Assembly (NCBI GenBank): GCA_010093995.1
Contig: ML992511.1
Coordinates: forward strand, 628,745-692,744
Source: Elsinoe ampelina
Taxonomy: Eukaryota
Reading direction: 5' to 3'
DNA: 64,000 nt
Shown: positions 61,323-64,000 of the stretch, piece by piece
How the letters are laid out: each line of letters begins with the position of its first letter
Position numbering within the stretch: the first letter of the stretch is position 1
Notes under the pieces: model-generated
What the model saw: the letters and a program-made list of their open reading frames with translations, nothing else
The model's database searches: none
What the model was told of the DNA's origin: nothing
Made by a program: the position numbers and the translations under genes

Positions 61323-64000
61323 ATAGACGCACGTAATATGTCTAAGAATTAGCCTAATAGCGCTAGTATAGCTACTAATAACATTCCACTCTACGAAAGA
61401 CCTCCTATAGAAATTTAAGTATAGCTCAATAAAAACCTTAAGATTAAGAGATTCTTCCTTAAATTCTTTAACTAGGACAATAACTAGTACGCCGCCGCAC
61501 GCGTAAGAGCGTAGAAAGAATATAAGAATACCTATATAGTTCTAGGACTTAAATATAAGGAACCTTAGGATAGTAATGTTAATATAACTACAATTATAGA
61601 TAATATTAAAACTTCTCTACGATACTCTTAGGATAACTATACGAAGATCTTCTTTTAAAGACTATACTATTAAGACTAAGACTAGTTTAAGAGGAACGTT
61701 AGAAACTATAATAATATATCTAGTTATAATATTATTAAAGATTTTGTCCTTACTATTAAGGCGTAAGAGCTTAGGAATAAGAAGAATTAGACTAAAGTAG
61801 ACAAGAAGGCTTATCCTAAGAAGCATATTAGAAAGTGCCTCTTCGCTACCTAGTCTAATAGCGGACTCTCTAAAAGATTAGAGACTTCTATACTTAGTAG
61901 CAGACTTATAGGCATAGATATTAATTACTGCACTAGTTAGCCTATACATTAGTAGTAAATGCTAGAGGACATGTCTTATCTAGTCTAGAGCATTATCGAT
62001 AAAACTATTATTAACTTTATAATTGTTAAGTAATTAGACATTAGCCTAGGCATAATTATAAAGAGAGAATGTTCGTGTCGTCTATAAGCGTTTAGTCTAA
62101 GAATTTTAAGGTTATATCCGGAGGATTATAATCTAAACGTATATAGCCTTAATAATATTAGGCTATTCCTAAAGGAGAAGAAGTTAGTTAGTAATAACAT
62201 TATCCTTATATAGATAGATTATATAGAGCTATATAACATCCTACCTATCTTAGACAACTACGACCTACGTGCTGCTATAATTAACTATATTAACTCTCTA
62301 GTTAAAGGTAGTAATGTAATTTTTGTCTATCTTACGCCTAGTATAGATCTAGTTAAGAAGCTCCCTAAAGAAGTACTTTATAAGTTTAATACTTAGTTCG
62401 ACTTAGGTATATACTAATATACTTAGTTAACTCTCTTTAGTATTATAATAGTTAGAAGCTATCGACTCTAGTCTAGGAGGAAGAGGAAGAGAAACCTCTA
62501 GCCCTTCTATCTCTAGCTAAGCGCCTACTACTGTGTAAATCTACCTCTAAGAAGTAACCTAGCTCTCTATTACCTAACGAGGATAATACTACTATTAACT
62601 ATCGTCCTACTCGGGTAATAGAAGACAAATACTATAAGTAATACTAAGATAGTAATTAGTATCCCTTTATAATTATACCTAGCAAGGAGCAAGTAAGGTA
62701 CTATATTCTATTAGTCTCTAAGACGCTATCTATACCTATTCTAGCACTTATAACTTACACATTTAATAAGACTCTTAGTAGCTTAGACTTTGTTAAACTT
62801 TATACTATAAACGACAATAACGACAAGTAAACTAGTAATAATCTAGCTAACTAAAGCTTTATCTCTATAGGCACTAGAATCGATTACTAGTCCGAAGAGT
62901 TCTAGGAGAGAGTCTATAACTTTATAGGCTTTAAGAAAGACATCTACTTACCGAACGCTAGTGTATAGTATTTTAGTTAGAATAAGAAGTATCTAGTCGA
63001 GGTAGTATAGATATACTTAGCGCTTATTACACTTAAGAAATACCTCGAAGGCTATCTAGTATTTATGTTTATATATAAGATAGAATTTAGAAAGACTCCG
63101 ATAGAACTCTTCTTTCTCTTACTAATTTAGAACTTAAATAAAAAAGTTATCTAGGATACTAACTATACTACTATACCTAAGAACAAGTAGAGTAAGTACT
63201 AGAAGGTAAAGACACTAGTTAACGAGCTATAGCTAGATGTCGCTTCTATAGATACTATTAGCTATAATCTAATTATTAGCGAATTAAATGTAATAAAATA
63301 GTAAGCGTAGGAGACACGGAAGTTTATACCTAATATAAAGGTCGTCCTATACTAGAGAAGGATATTCTAAACTATATAAGAATATAAGTATAGCAACGTA
63401 TATAACATAGACACTTTAATTCGCAAAGAGGATCTACCTATAGACTACCGCTAATAGGAGTCTTAGCTAATAGATAAGTCTAGTAAGCCTATCGACACTA
63501 TTATAGTCTTATAACTAGTTAATATATATAAGCGACACTCTCGGACCTTATAGATAAATAATTAGTTCTTCTTCACTACTTATAACACTATAATCTACTA
63601 CTTCCTTAGTAAGAATAACGTAAATGCCAAGGATTAGAACTTTGTTCCTAAGGGACAAGAGAGAAAGCCAAGGTCTACGCCTATAAACTAGGCCGCTATT
63701 ATCTTTAATAAGTTCTATTAGGTTACTAGCTAGAAGACGTAGACCTAGTATTGTCTAGGAATACTACCGGGGAGGCCTTTTATACTAGGCATAAGTAAGA
63801 CGCTATTTGTTAAGTACTTAAACATAGTAGCGTTCTTAACAGCGGCTATATATAAGGACTTTAGATTAGAAAAGCTTAATGTAAATAGAAGTAGAATAGG
63901 AGAATTTAACGAGAACTATATCTATAAATCTAAGTAAGAGCTAACTAAGGCTAAGAATAATAAACGTTAAGCAATACTAAAGATAATACTAGATAAGACT
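61323..64000 (+). pseudogene. RIP-destroyed gene B: unknown N-terminal domain fused to a SNF2-like SF2 helicase (runs off the window)
   Basis: Continuous frame with a 47-nt intron 62380-62426. *AAIIFNKFY* at 63689-63721 reverts by RIP rules to WAAIIFDEFHQ (motif II), preceded by FFTTYNT (TTYD) and followed by LGISKTLF (LGMSxTPF, motif III). Confidence 0.75.

Larger units (their letters stand above)
45900..64000. other. AT-rich region mutated by repeat-induced point mutation (RIP)
   Basis: Abrupt drop in GC, near absence of CpA/TpG, large excess of TpA, and almost no ORFs in the six-frame track. Confidence 0.97.

Overview
Eukaryotic, intron-containing DNA from a filamentous ascomycete (Pezizomycotina; Dothideomycete-like by gene style and RIP pattern, which is inference). 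Bases 1-45.3 kb are gene-dense euchromatin with about 15 genes: a CCCH-finger/Ctk2-like cyclin, phospholipase D, KRE6/SKN1, a TMEM184/OST-alpha protein, CSF1 (BLTP1), eEF2, an RBM26/27-like protein, MRPL3, a 3-exon complex I NUUM/KFYI-like microprotein missed by the ORF track, a pfkB/MAK32-like kinase, CAP/SRV2, a secreted jacalin-like protein, cullin-1, UPF2 and a hypothetical protein. At the border (45.64-45.89 kb, minus strand) is a very unusual tRNA-Phe(GAA)-like gene. Its anticodon loop is split by a 49-nt GT...AG spliceosomal-looking intron in addition to a normal 20-nt tRNA intron, and its T-loop runs into a structured domain instead of a normal 3' end. From about 45.9 kb to the end the DNA is AT-rich and destroyed by RIP. 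It holds a Ty1/Copia remnant (LTR, RNase H, RT) interrupted by a >16 kb multi-gene block. That block contains two ~800-bp direct repeats, each followed by a divergent paralogous pseudogene with a shared 47-nt intron; one paralogue is fused to a SNF2-type helicase. All calls were made by eye; no searches were run.
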